A stretch of DNA of 64,000 nucleotides from Chlorobiaceae bacterium (GTDB lineage Bacteria > Bacteroidota > Ignavibacteria > Ignavibacteriales > Ignavibacteriaceae): positions 1,301 through 65,300 of the forward strand of contig PNNF01000011.1 in NCBI GenBank assembly GCA_013824085.1, in the 5' to 3' direction. Made by a program: the position numbers and the translations under genes. A model generated the notes under the pieces. It saw nothing but the letters and a program-made list of their open reading frames with translations. It did no database searches and had not been told where the DNA came from. Numbering within the stretch: position 1 is the first letter of the stretch; each line of letters opens with the position of its first letter. Positions 55,377-64,000 of this stretch are shown in pieces.

Positions 55377-57593
55377 ATGATTGAACCAAAAATAACACTT
55401 GAATTGGCGCTTGAACATGGATTAACCGAATCTGAATTTGATAAAATAAAAACAATATTAGGACGAGCACCAAACTTTACTGAACTCGGAATTTTTTCAG
55501 TGATGTGGTCTGAACATTGTAGTTATAAAAATTCGATAGCATTGCTAAAAACACTTCCACGAAGCGGAGGGCGACTACTTGTTTCAGCTGGAGAAGAGAA
55601 TGCAGGATTAATCGATATCGGAGACGACCTTGCAGTTGCATTTAAAATTGAAAGTCATAATCATCCTTCTGCCATTGAGCCGTATCAAGGTGCTGCGACT
55701 GGTGTTGGTGGAATTATGCGTGATATTTTTACAATGGGAGCGCGACCAATTGCCGCATTAAACTCTTTACGCTTTGGATCTTTATCTGATCCTAGAACTC
55801 GATATCTGTTTGAAGGCGTGGTTAAAGGAGTTGGCGATTATGGAAATAGTTTTGGTGTTCCAACTGTTGCAGGCGAAGTTTATTTTGATGAGTCTTATCA
55901 AGGCAATCCTCTTGTGAATGCTATGGCTGTGGGAATTGTAAAAAAAAATAGAGTCGCCAAAGCAATTGCCATTGGTGAAGGAAACCCAGTGTTTATAGTT
56001 GGTTCATCTACGGGAAGAGATGGAATTCATGGCGCAACTTTTGCGTCGGAAGAGATTTCTGAAAAATCAGAAGCAAAGCGTCCAAGCGTTCAAGTTGGCG
56101 ATCCATTTACTGAAAAACTTTTGTTGGAAGCAACTTTAGAAATTATTAAAGAAGATTTGATTGTTGGAATTCAAGATATGGGAGCTGCGGGAATTTCCTG
56201 CTCAACTACTGAAATGAGTGCAAAAGGAAATTCGGGAATGAAGATTAATCTTTCAAAAGTTCCTCTACGCGAAAAAGGCATGACGGCTTACGAAATTATG
56301 CTCTCCGAGAGTCAAGAACGAATGCTTGTGGTTGTAAAAAAAGGGAATGAAAAAAGAGTAAAAGAAATTTTCGACAAATGGGATTTGAATTGTGAAATTA
56401 TTGGTGAAGTAATAAATGAAGAAAAAATTTTAGTCGATTATCTTGGCGAAAGGAAAGCTGAAATTCCGCCTCAAGATTGCGTGCTTGGTGGTGGAGCTCC
56501 TGTTTATATCAGAGAACAGAAAGAACCTGAATATCTTAAACAGACAAGAAACTTTGACTTCAACTCTCTTCCGAAAAATCAGAATATTGAAAATATTTTC
56601 TTAAAAGTTTTTTCTTCAACAAACATTGTTAGTAAACGATGGGTTTATGAGCAATATGATTCGATGGTAAGAACAAACACTGTAGTTGGTCCGGGCTGTG
56701 ATAGCGCAGTAATTTTAATTAAGGAAATCAACAAAGCACTTGCAGTAAAAACAGATTGCAACTCACGTTATGTTTATCTCAATCCAAAAGAAGGAACAAA
56801 AATTGCTGTCGCTGAGTCTGCAAGAAATATTGTTTGCTCGGGCGGAACTCCGCTTGGAATTACAAATTGTTTAAACTTTGGTAATCCATATAAACCAGAA
56901 ATTTATTGGCAGTTTGCACAAGCTATTGAAGGCATGGGCGAAGCTTGCAGATTTTTTGAAACTCCTGTTACAGGTGGTAATGTTAGTTTTTATAATGAGT
57001 CGCCAGAGAGTGCAATTTATCCAACGCCAACAATCGGGATGGTTGGATTGATTGATGACTTAAAATTTGTTACAACATCTTACTTCAAAGATGAAGATGA
57101 TTTGATTTATTTACTCGGCGAAGATTATGAAGAAATTGGAGGAAGTGAATATCTTAAAGTAATTCATAACTTAGTTACTGGTGATTCGCCAAAATTAGAT
57201 TTACCTACTGAAAAAAAATTGCACGACTCATTACTGAAATTAATAAAATCTGGAATTGTAAAATCTGCTCACGATGTTTCAGAAGGCGGAATAATTTCAT
57301 CACTTGCAGAATGTTGTTTGATAAATAAAAATAAACAGGTCGGATGTGAAGTTAATGTTGAAATAAAAACATCGGAAGAATTTTCTTTATTCAGCGAGTC
57401 GCAATCAAGAGTAATAGTATCTATCTCGAGAAAAGATAAAATTGATTTTGAAAAAATCTTAAATGATTCGGCACAAGTTTTTACTCAACTTGGAATTACA
57501 AAAGGAACTATATTGAAAATAAATAAATATACATTTGAGCTAAATCAACTAAGCGATATTTATTTCAATACTATTGAGCAATTGATGAAATGA
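55377..57593 (+). CDS. purL: phosphoribosylformylglycinamidine synthase subunit PurL
   Basis: 738 aa with [34 protein letters not shown] and LSESQERML, the canonical small-type PurL motifs. Confidence 0.95.
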   Translation: MIEPKITLELALEHGLTESEFDKIKTILGRAPNFTELGIFSVMWSEHCSYKNSIALLKTLPRSGGRLLVSAGEENAGLIDIGDDLAVAFKIESHNHPSAIEPYQGAATGVGGIMRDIFTMGARPIAALNSLRFGSLSDPRTRYLFEGVVKGVGDYGNSFGVPTVAGEVYFDESYQGNPLVNAMAVGIVKKNRVAKAIAIGEGNPVFIVGSSTGRDGIHGATFASEEISEKSEAKRPSVQVGDPFTEKLLLEATLEIIKEDLIVGIQDMGAAGISCSTTEMSAKGNSGMKINLSKVPLREKGMTAYEIMLSESQERMLVVVKKGNEKRVKEIFDKWDLNCEIIGEVINEEKILVDYLGERKAEIPPQDCVLGGGAPVYIREQKEPEYLKQTRNFDFNSLPKNQNIENIFLKVFSSTNIVSKRWVYEQYDSMVRTNTVVGPGCDSAVILIKEINKALAVKTDCNSRYVYLNPKEGTKIAVAESARNIVCSGGTPLGITNCLNFGNPYKPEIYWQFAQAIEGMGEACRFFETPVTGGNVSFYNESPESAIYPTPTIGMVGLIDDLKFVTTSYFKDEDDLIYLLGEDYEEIGGSEYLKVIHNLVTGDSPKLDLPTEKKLHDSLLKLIKSGIVKSAHDVSEGGIISSLAECCLINKNKQVGCEVNVEIKTSEEFSLFSESQSRVIVSISRKDKIDFEKILNDSAQVFTQLGITKGTILKINKYTFELNQLSDIYFNTIEQLMK

Positions 57594-58531
57594 AAAAAAA
57601 AAATTATTTAAAAAAAATATTTCAGAAAAGAAAAAAACTTTCTCCGCAGAGTACAAAGGAGCATATAAAAGAGTTTTATGATTATTACCTCGTGAAATTA
57701 TATGATCGACTTGAAACTCATCATATTTTTTTATTTTCAAGTAGCTTAGCATTTTCAGTCTTTATCTGTATAATCCCAATCGTTCTACTTCTCTTCTGGT
57801 TGTTAGGAATCTTTCTTACTGGATATACCGTTGAGAATCAAATACATACTTTTATCACAACAATAATTCCTTATCCTGAGTATGCAGAATATGTGAATGA
57901 AATAATTGATGAAAGAATTGACGAGTTGATTGATTATAAAAACGTTGCGGGCTGGATTGGTGTTGTTGGTCTCTTCTTTGCAGGAAGTACTTTGTTTAGC
58001 AGTATTAGAGTTGTGCTGAACAAAATAAATGGAACTGATATCGATGTGAATTTTTTTCTTGGCAAACTTAGAGATTTAGCACTAATAATTTTTATGCTAA
58101 TTGGATTTATTTTTATTGCAATTCTATTTCCATTTTTAGATCTACTCAGAAATTTTTCTGAACAAGTTGCGGAACTTGCATTTTTACAATATGGAATTTT
58201 TCAAAGAGTTTTTACAACTCTTTTTTCAGGAATTATAATTTTTTCAATTTTTTGGCTTATCTACAACTTTGTCCCATCTGTAAAAATTAAAAAAAAATCG
58301 GTTACTGTTGGTGCGCTCTGGGCAGTTCTTCTCTGGATTCTCGCAAAAGAAATTTTTGGAATTTATGTTTTTGATTTTGCAAATTTTGGTAGAGTTTATG
58401 GAACATACGCAATTATTGTCGTGCTCGCATTTTGGATTTACTACTCTGCTTTAGTTTTTATTCTCGGAGCTGAGATTGGCAAATTATATGACGAAAGAGT
58501 TGCAGAAAAACTTCTTCAGAGAAAGAGATGA
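57590..58531 (+). CDS. YihY/BrkB-family membrane protein
   Basis: Six TM segments with [18 protein letters not shown] and a C-terminal [12 protein letters not shown] typical of the YihY (formerly RNase BN) family. ATGA overlap with purL. Confidence 0.75.
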   Translation: MKKKNYLKKIFQKRKKLSPQSTKEHIKEFYDYYLVKLYDRLETHHIFLFSSSLAFSVFICIIPIVLLLFWLLGIFLTGYTVENQIHTFITTIIPYPEYAEYVNEIIDERIDELIDYKNVAGWIGVVGLFFAGSTLFSSIRVVLNKINGTDIDVNFFLGKLRDLALIIFMLIGFIFIAILFPFLDLLRNFSEQVAELAFLQYGIFQRVFTTLFSGIIIFSIFWLIYNFVPSVKIKKKSVTVGALWAVLLWILAKEIFGIYVFDFANFGRVYGTYAIIVVLAFWIYYSALVFILGAEIGKLYDERVAEKLLQRKR

Positions 58532-58695
58532 AATTAAGTTTAACTGATAAAAATTTTTAGAGAATTTTTTCTCTGTTTATATTAGTCATAGATTTAAATA
58601 ATTTTCGAAAGTTCTTTAATAAACCTCAGGAAGTGATTTAAACAATTTATTTTGAACAATAAATATTTCTCAAAAGAAGTAACGGAGAGAGCATC

Positions 58696-60504
58696 ATGAA
58701 AAAAATAATTTTGATCATCTTACTAATTTCATCGATTTCATTTCCTCAATATTATTCAGAGAGAAGCACCGAACAAAGTTTTGAGCAATCTGAATTATAT
58801 TTCACAAGCCATTTCTTAAACACGTTCGGATTAAAAAATTTTAAGAAGGTTAGCGTTGGTCTTTTAGATGATCCATTTCTTAATGTCTATTTAAATCCCG
58901 CAACTCGAATCGATTTTGGAGAAGATAATTTTCTTTTTTATCTCGACTTTCGCGGAGACAGAACAGAAGCCGAAATTATGGGTTATGCTTATCCTTTTTG
59001 GGGAGGATTAAGAACAGCCTATTTCCCTGGTCCTGATATTCGATGGATTGGAACAACGCGTACTGAACCCGAACCAATTTTTTCTCTTGGAATTATTACT
59101 AATCCACTCAAAGGAATAACTGATAATTTTTTTGTAGGTGGAACGTATCAATTGTTATATCGTGAAGAAAAATTTTACAAAAATCCGTATTGGATATTTT
59201 ATCCACGATTTGGTTATGATACATTTGGTGGAGCTCGATTAGGATTAGACGCATCTATTCCGATGGAAGATCGTTACTACGGCGCTGACCAGATGATAAA
59301 TTCAGGACATCTGCTAACTCTCTTTACAAGCTATGAAGTTGATGATAACCTAAACGCAGGTTTATTTTTCAATGCCGTTACTCACTCGCGTGAAGGAGAT
59401 TTTTCAAACTTAAACAGAGATGAATATCGGTCATCGAATTTATCCCATTGGGAAAGCTCTATAACAAATTCGCGAACTCAGAATTATAATCATTGGGATC
59501 TTGCACTTGGAGTTTCGTATCAATTAACAGAGCAATTCAATACGGGAGTGAAAGCAGGATATCTTAAAGGAAAAGCTGACCAAAATAATTTGCATGAAAT
59601 ATTTGATTATTCTAAACGTGATAGTTCAAGCGTGAATAAAGATTGGTTCAATCATTATGCAAAATCTTCTACAAATCAGAACTGGAATCAGGATGGAAAT
59701 ACAAAATATTTCAGTTTAAATTTTCAAAACAAAGTTGATGATAGCAAAGTCTTTGGCGGATACTATCGCTATTCACAAAATAATACTGACTTTCTTAACA
59801 CTTCAAATATTTTAGATACGTCGAGATATTCTTCGAAATGGGTTTTCAATAACGATACATCTTGGAATCGTCACGAAGGCATATCAACAGCTTTTGATGT
59901 TAGAACCGGTCGAGGAACCAGAGTAAAGGCGGCTCACGAAATGATGCTAAGTTTTCATTGGAAAGTGAGTAAAAGAAACACTCTCTATTCAGGAATTTAT
60001 TTGTCGAGCAGCAAATTAGAAATTGATGGAAATGAACCAGTAACTGCAAAGCGAATGTCAAGTTATTCAAGTACTAATAATACAGGAAATCAACCTTACA
60101 ATTATTTCAGAGATTTGGTGGAAGATAAAAATTTAGTTTGGCGATATGTCTCATCCGAATGGTCGTTACAAATTCCGATCTTATTTCACTTTCAGATAAC
60201 TGATACTTGGGGTGCTATGATTGGGGTAAATAGATATTTTTATAGTTGGAAAATTACCGATCAGACAGTAGCATATTTTATGCACAGAAGAGAAAATAAT
60301 GACGGAGTTATTATTGAAGAGAGAAATTTTGCAGAAAGATACACTCAACCAATTACTCGCTTAACTGAAAACTACACAGATGTGATTGTAAGTTTTGATG
60401 CAAACATTACCAAAAAACTAAATGTTAAAATGACGATTGATCCCGAGTTTGATCCAATTCTTAGATTTGCTCAATGGTGGTTGAGTTTTAATGCAAGACT
60501 ATAA
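58696..60504 (+). CDS. hypothetical outer-membrane/secreted beta-rich protein
   Basis: Signal peptide MKKIILIILLISSISFPQ. Composition is rich in Y/N/S/G/W with alternating hydrophobic residues, suggestive of a beta-barrel. No family recognised. Confidence 0.5.
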   Translation: MKKIILIILLISSISFPQYYSERSTEQSFEQSELYFTSHFLNTFGLKNFKKVSVGLLDDPFLNVYLNPATRIDFGEDNFLFYLDFRGDRTEAEIMGYAYPFWGGLRTAYFPGPDIRWIGTTRTEPEPIFSLGIITNPLKGITDNFFVGGTYQLLYREEKFYKNPYWIFYPRFGYDTFGGARLGLDASIPMEDRYYGADQMINSGHLLTLFTSYEVDDNLNAGLFFNAVTHSREGDFSNLNRDEYRSSNLSHWESSITNSRTQNYNHWDLALGVSYQLTEQFNTGVKAGYLKGKADQNNLHEIFDYSKRDSSSVNKDWFNHYAKSSTNQNWNQDGNTKYFSLNFQNKVDDSKVFGGYYRYSQNNTDFLNTSNILDTSRYSSKWVFNNDTSWNRHEGISTAFDVRTGRGTRVKAAHEMMLSFHWKVSKRNTLYSGIYLSSSKLEIDGNEPVTAKRMSSYSSTNNTGNQPYNYFRDLVEDKNLVWRYVSSEWSLQIPILFHFQITDTWGAMIGVNRYFYSWKITDQTVAYFMHRRENNDGVIIEERNFAERYTQPITRLTENYTDVIVSFDANITKKLNVKMTIDPEFDPILRFAQWWLSFNARL

Positions 60505-60569
60505 AAAAAATAATTTTTAAAATTATTGAAAAAAAATTTATAAATTTTTCTTTAACTGAATCTTTTCAA

Positions 60570-61703
60570 TTAAAATAAATTATACTGAAGTCCAACAGAA
60601 CTGCTCATGATTCTCGGAGTGTTTGGATGTTTTGTAAATCTGCCAGAGACAGTAAAATAGATATTGTTCTCAATATAATACCAGAACGAAGCAGTTAAAT
60701 TATGCTGAAGCAAAGCACTCTCATTTATTGGCTTTACAATTCCGAGTCGATAAGCAGAAACAAAATTAATTCGATTACTTAATTCATAAATAAAATCAAC
60801 GCCACTTCTAAGGTGTATTTGTTTTAGAAAAAGCGAATCCATCGGAGTAAAAACTTCAGCGACGCAATTAATTTGTGTTTGCCAGCTTATCGGAAAAGAA
60901 TATCGATTGTTCAAAGTTAAGTTAGGATTACCAATCGCGGATTTATCTTCTGTCGTAAGTGGAAACAAAATTCCAATTGATGTATCCCAGCCATAGTAAC
61001 GTTCATTCACGCGTTCGTTTATTCCAAAAAGTACTTGCCGCATACGAAGAATACCGAGTGAACCTAATCCATCAGTTGTGAGCATTCCTGTTTTTAAGAC
61101 TTCATGTTCAATTGCATCAAACCAGTAAGTTTCATAAGTCGTTCCGTAGATAACTTTAAATTCATTTTCACGTTCAATTATGTTCGCAATGTTTATTAAA
61201 GTTTCTTTTGGCAAATGTCCATCAAGCACTAAATCATTCATCAAGTGTCCTTCAATCCGAACAGCTTTTGCAAGCGCGGTTGCGTTGATGTATCTGCCGA
61301 ATCCAAATCCAACTGAAAGGTCAGAAGCTATTTGACGATAGGTGTTGATGTGCTGTGCAGTTAATCTTGAAAACCCAAACCAATTTGTCTCTTCAAAAAT
61401 ATATTTACGAAAACTCCCATCAATTTTTATGTTATGATTTAACTCTGCAAAATTTCTACCACCGGTTGCATCTAAATTTAAGAACCATGCAAGCGGCAAT
61501 GATGAATAAAAACTTTGGTACAAAATATTTCCATTCGCATGATTTGAGGTTACAATATTATCTGATTGCGACCAATTCCACGCCCCATCAAATCTCAATG
61601 TAGTCGCTTCGCTAACTGGAACGTTGTAATCCGTAACTCTAACGTTCTGAGAAAAATAGTTTTGTGCAGAAAGAATTATTATTAACGCAATTATACTTTT
61701 CAT
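60570..61703 (-). CDS. hypothetical outer-membrane beta-barrel protein
   Basis: Signal peptide MKSIIALIIILSAQNYFSQ. Alternating beta-strand pattern. The C-terminus ...VGLQYNLF has a terminal Phe, typical of an OMP beta-signal. Confidence 0.55.
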   Translation of the reverse strand: MKSIIALIIILSAQNYFSQNVRVTDYNVPVSEATTLRFDGAWNWSQSDNIVTSNHANGNILYQSFYSSLPLAWFLNLDATGGRNFAELNHNIKIDGSFRKYIFEETNWFGFSRLTAQHINTYRQIASDLSVGFGFGRYINATALAKAVRIEGHLMNDLVLDGHLPKETLINIANIIERENEFKVIYGTTYETYWFDAIEHEVLKTGMLTTDGLGSLGILRMRQVLFGINERVNERYYGWDTSIGILFPLTTEDKSAIGNPNLTLNNRYSFPISWQTQINCVAEVFTPMDSLFLKQIHLRSGVDFIYELSNRINFVSAYRLGIVKPINESALLQHNLTASFWYYIENNIYFTVSGRFTKHPNTPRIMSSSVGLQYNLF

Positions 61704-61794
61704 GATTTTACCAAAAATGTTACTCTAACATAAAGAATTCATGATTTTATTGCACTGAATTTTCTTGACTCTGAATAAAAAAAAGTTATTTTAG

Positions 61795-61816
61795 AATCAG
61801 ATAAAAAAATCTGATT
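61795..61816. promoter_or_regulatory. perfect palindrome, candidate Rrf2-family operator
   Basis: AATCAGAT-AAAAAA-ATCTGATT (8-bp arms, 6-nt spacer) ends 6 nt before the Rrf2 ATG. It lies just downstream of a possible TTGACT (61765..61770) / TATTTT (61787..61792) promoter. Confidence 0.5.
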
Positions 61817-61822
61817 AAAAAA

Positions 61823-62254
61823 ATGACAGTAATATTTTCTAAAAAATGTGAGTATGGAATCCAAGCTGTGCTTTATTTAGTAACAACGCATGAAAATGAT
61901 GCTATCTCAGCAGAAAATATTAAAAAAAAATTAGGCATTCCAAAAGAGTTTGTTTCAAAAATTTTACAAAGTCTAACACAGCATGGAATTATAATTTCTA
62001 AGAAAGGGAAGAACGGTGGATTTCGTTTAGCTAAACCGGCATCAAAAATAAAATTGATTGATATCGTGGAAGCAATTGATGGGTTTGAAGTTTTTGAAAG
62101 TTGCCTTCTTGGCTTTTCTAATTGTGGCAACAAAAATCCTTGTCCCGTTCATGAAACTTGGGGCAAAATCAGAAATGAGACTTATAGAATGCTCAAAGCA
62201 GAGACGCTAGAAGAACTAAAAGAAAAAATAAAGATGAAAATTATATTGCTTTAA
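61823..62254 (+). CDS. Rrf2-family transcriptional regulator (NsrR/IscR-like, Fe-S type)
   Basis: N-terminal wHTH (KCEYGIQAVLYL...ISAENIKKKLGIPKEFVSKILQSL) and the Cys triad C-x6-C-x5-C (CLLGFSNCGNKNPCPVH). Confidence 0.88.
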   Translation: MTVIFSKKCEYGIQAVLYLVTTHENDAISAENIKKKLGIPKEFVSKILQSLTQHGIIISKKGKNGGFRLAKPASKIKLIDIVEAIDGFEVFESCLLGFSNCGNKNPCPVHETWGKIRNETYRMLKAETLEELKEKIKMKIILL

Positions 62255-62272
62255 ACAAAAATAACTCAACGG

Positions 62273-63370
62273 ATGGTAGTAAGAAAAATAAATATCGTAA
62301 GAAATAAAGAGAAAAAAATTCAGGCCACGCGATTTTACATTCAACTATTTTTTGCGTTGCTCTGCATTTGGATTGGAATTGAATTTTCTTACTTCGTAAA
62401 ATATTTATCGACTAACGGAGCAGAAGGGCAATTTTACAGACCCGCTGGAGTTGATGGATTCCTTCCAATCAGTTCATTGATGAGCTTGTACTATTTTATT
62501 TTAACAGGAGAGATACATTGGGCACATCCTGCCGGGCTATTTATTCTAATTGCAATTGTTGCTGTTTCATTTTTTATCGGAAAATCTTTTTGCAGTTGGT
62601 TTTGTCCTGTAGGTTTTCTTTCAGAATTAGTTGGTGATTTCGGGGAAAAAATTATTGGACGAAAAATTAAAATTCCCAAACTACTTGATTATCCACTTCG
62701 CGCATTGAAATATCTGATTCTAATTTTTTTCATTCACGCAATTTTTTTTCTAATGAATGAAATCACTCTCAAGATTTTTCTTGATGGTGCTTACAATCAA
62801 ATGTCGGATGTTAAGATGTATTATTTCTTTGCTGATATTTCGCAAACTTCTTTGATAGTAATTTCGGTCTTGTTTTTTCTTTCGATAATTTTTAGAAATT
62901 TTTGGTGCAGATACCTTTGTCCTTATGGTGCATTGCTTGGGGTAATTTCTTTCTTAAGTCCCATCAAAATAAAACGAAATGTTTCAACTTGTATTGATTG
63001 CAGTTTATGCACAAAAGCATGTCCTTCTTTCATAAAAGTTGATAAAGTAAAAACGGTTTATTCAGATGAGTGCATTAGTTGTTTTAATTGTGTTGATGCT
63101 TGTCCTGTGAACGATACATTAACTATAAAAACAATCCGACACAAAAAAATTTCTGCTAAACTTATTCCATACTTTGTTGTATTAATTTTTTGTGCAGTAA
63201 CTGGTTTAGGAATGTTAACTGGAAATTGGGGGAATGAGATCTCAAAAAAAGAGTACTTACTGCTTCATGAGGAAGTACATCAACTCGACCATATCCGAAG
63301 CGCCAAAGATATAAAAGCATTGGAAGCGTCAGGTAAGCAAAACAAAATAATAACGAATAAGAAGAATTAG
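62273..63370 (+). CDS. membrane polyferredoxin (NapH/MauN/NosR-like 4Fe-4S binding protein)
   Basis: TM segments with paired CxxCP motifs (CSWFCPVG, CRYLCPYG) and two ferredoxin motifs (CIDCSLCTKACP, CISCFNCVDACP). Confidence 0.8.
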   Translation: MVVRKINIVRNKEKKIQATRFYIQLFFALLCIWIGIEFSYFVKYLSTNGAEGQFYRPAGVDGFLPISSLMSLYYFILTGEIHWAHPAGLFILIAIVAVSFFIGKSFCSWFCPVGFLSELVGDFGEKIIGRKIKIPKLLDYPLRALKYLILIFFIHAIFFLMNEITLKIFLDGAYNQMSDVKMYYFFADISQTSLIVISVLFFLSIIFRNFWCRYLCPYGALLGVISFLSPIKIKRNVSTCIDCSLCTKACPSFIKVDKVKTVYSDECISCFNCVDACPVNDTLTIKTIRHKKISAKLIPYFVVLIFCAVTGLGMLTGNWGNEISKKEYLLLHEEVHQLDHIRSAKDIKALEASGKQNKIITNKKN

Positions 63371-63415
63371 TTTTATTCATTAAGATATTTTTATAATTAA
63401 AAAATTGGTGAGGAA

Positions 63416-64000
63416 ATGAATTTTATAAAAAAAATAATAGATATCATAAAGCCGCCTGAGAACTGGAAGCTCGCAGTATTACTCTCTTCAGCGGTTTTAA
63501 TTGGTCTATTTTTCTTAATCTTTCACATCTCAAATGCTTCTTCCTATCTCTCAAACAATCCAAATACATGTATCAATTGTCATGTAATGTCTCCTCAATT
63601 CGCTTCTTGGCAGAAAAGCTCGCATGCAAGAGTTGCTACTTGTAACGATTGTCATGTTCCGCACGGAAATTTAGTGAATACGCTCTTCGTAAAAGCATCG
63701 GACGGAATGAGACACGCAACTGTGTTTACTTTTAGGAATGAACCACAAGTAATACGCATAAAGAATCCGGGGAAATTAGTAGTGCAAGAAAATTGTATTC
63801 GATGTCACTTAAGTAGAACAGACCAAACTCATCTCAATAGAATTTCAGAAACAAAAGCTCTTGAAGGTAGAGACTTTTTTTGTTGGGATTGTCACAGAGA
63901 AACTCCGCATAGTAAAATCAGTAGTTTATCCTCCTTTCCCGATGCAATAATTCCCGCATCCAATAGAATAATTCCTGAGTGGATGGAAAAACAATTCAAT
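63416..64000 (+). CDS. nrfH: cytochrome c nitrite reductase small subunit NrfH (NapC/NirT family tetrahaem); 3' end at or beyond window edge
   Basis: My own translation: MNFIKKIIDIIKPPENWKLAVLLSSAVLIGLFF...CINCH...CNDCHVPH...CIRCH...CWDCHRETPH. It has one TM anchor and four CxxCH haem sites. GAGGA lies upstream. The frame is open to base 64000, so it is absent from the ORF track. Confidence 0.85.
   Translation, partial: MNFIKKIIDIIKPPENWKLAVLLSSAVLIGLFFLIFHISNASSYLSNNPNTCINCHVMSPQFASWQKSSHARVATCNDCHVPHGNLVNTLFVKASDGMRHATVFTFRNEPQVIRIKNPGKLVVQENCIRCHLSRTDQTHLNRISETKALEGRDFFCWDCHRETPHSKISSLSSFPDAIIPASNRIIPEWMEKQFN

Noticed and set aside
1-64000. Mobile elements, prophage, toxin-antitoxin, restriction-modification or other defence systems
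   Set aside because: I read all listed ORFs of 60 aa or more on both strands. None shows transposase, integrase, recombinase, nuclease-helicase, methyltransferase-REase or phage structural signatures. Gene content is core metabolism, envelope and cell division.

Overview
AT-rich window (roughly one third G+C by eye), densely coding, with about 50 protein genes, one tRNA and no rRNA. A T9SS-type C-terminal sorting domain, a bacillithiol deacetylase and a tiny AURKAIP1/bS22-like basic protein suggest the Bacteroidota/Chlorobiota/Ignavibacteriota group, probably an Ignavibacteria-like organism; this is inference only. Most of the window is core genome: dnaX (partial), cmk, ispH, rpsA and mtaB; a complete collinear dcw cluster (mraZ-rsmH-ftsL-ftsI-murE-murF-mraY-murD-ftsW-murG-murC-ftsQ-ftsA-ftsZ, 34.8-50.7 kb); purL; rtcB; and peptidases and transporters. 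I saw no transposase, integrase, phage gene, CRISPR array or recognisable defence gene. I cannot point to a clear undescribed multi-gene system. Six loci deserve follow-up. (1) A G+C-enriched 98-bp tandem repeat array (51.1-51.5 kb) abuts an intact ORF that encodes only the C-terminal half of a DnaE2/ImuC-like polymerase. (2) A heavy-metal RND efflux cluster (14.2-21.9 kb) has an unusual gene order, several extra Cys-rich small proteins, YHS/TRASH-like domains and a Met/Ser-rich insertion in the pump. (3) Two tandem 609-codon acyl-CoA synthetase paralogs contain a near-identical DNA tract. (4) A 31-codon basic ORF in front of tRNA-Thr is missing from the ORF track. (5) There are candidate operators: phased MraZ boxes, a perfect palindrome in front of an Rrf2 gene, and 10-nt phased repeats in a G+C-rich intergenic island. 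(6) An NrfH tetrahaem cytochrome gene runs off the 3' edge and is also missing from the ORF track. All functional calls come from reading motifs in the translations. No database search was run.
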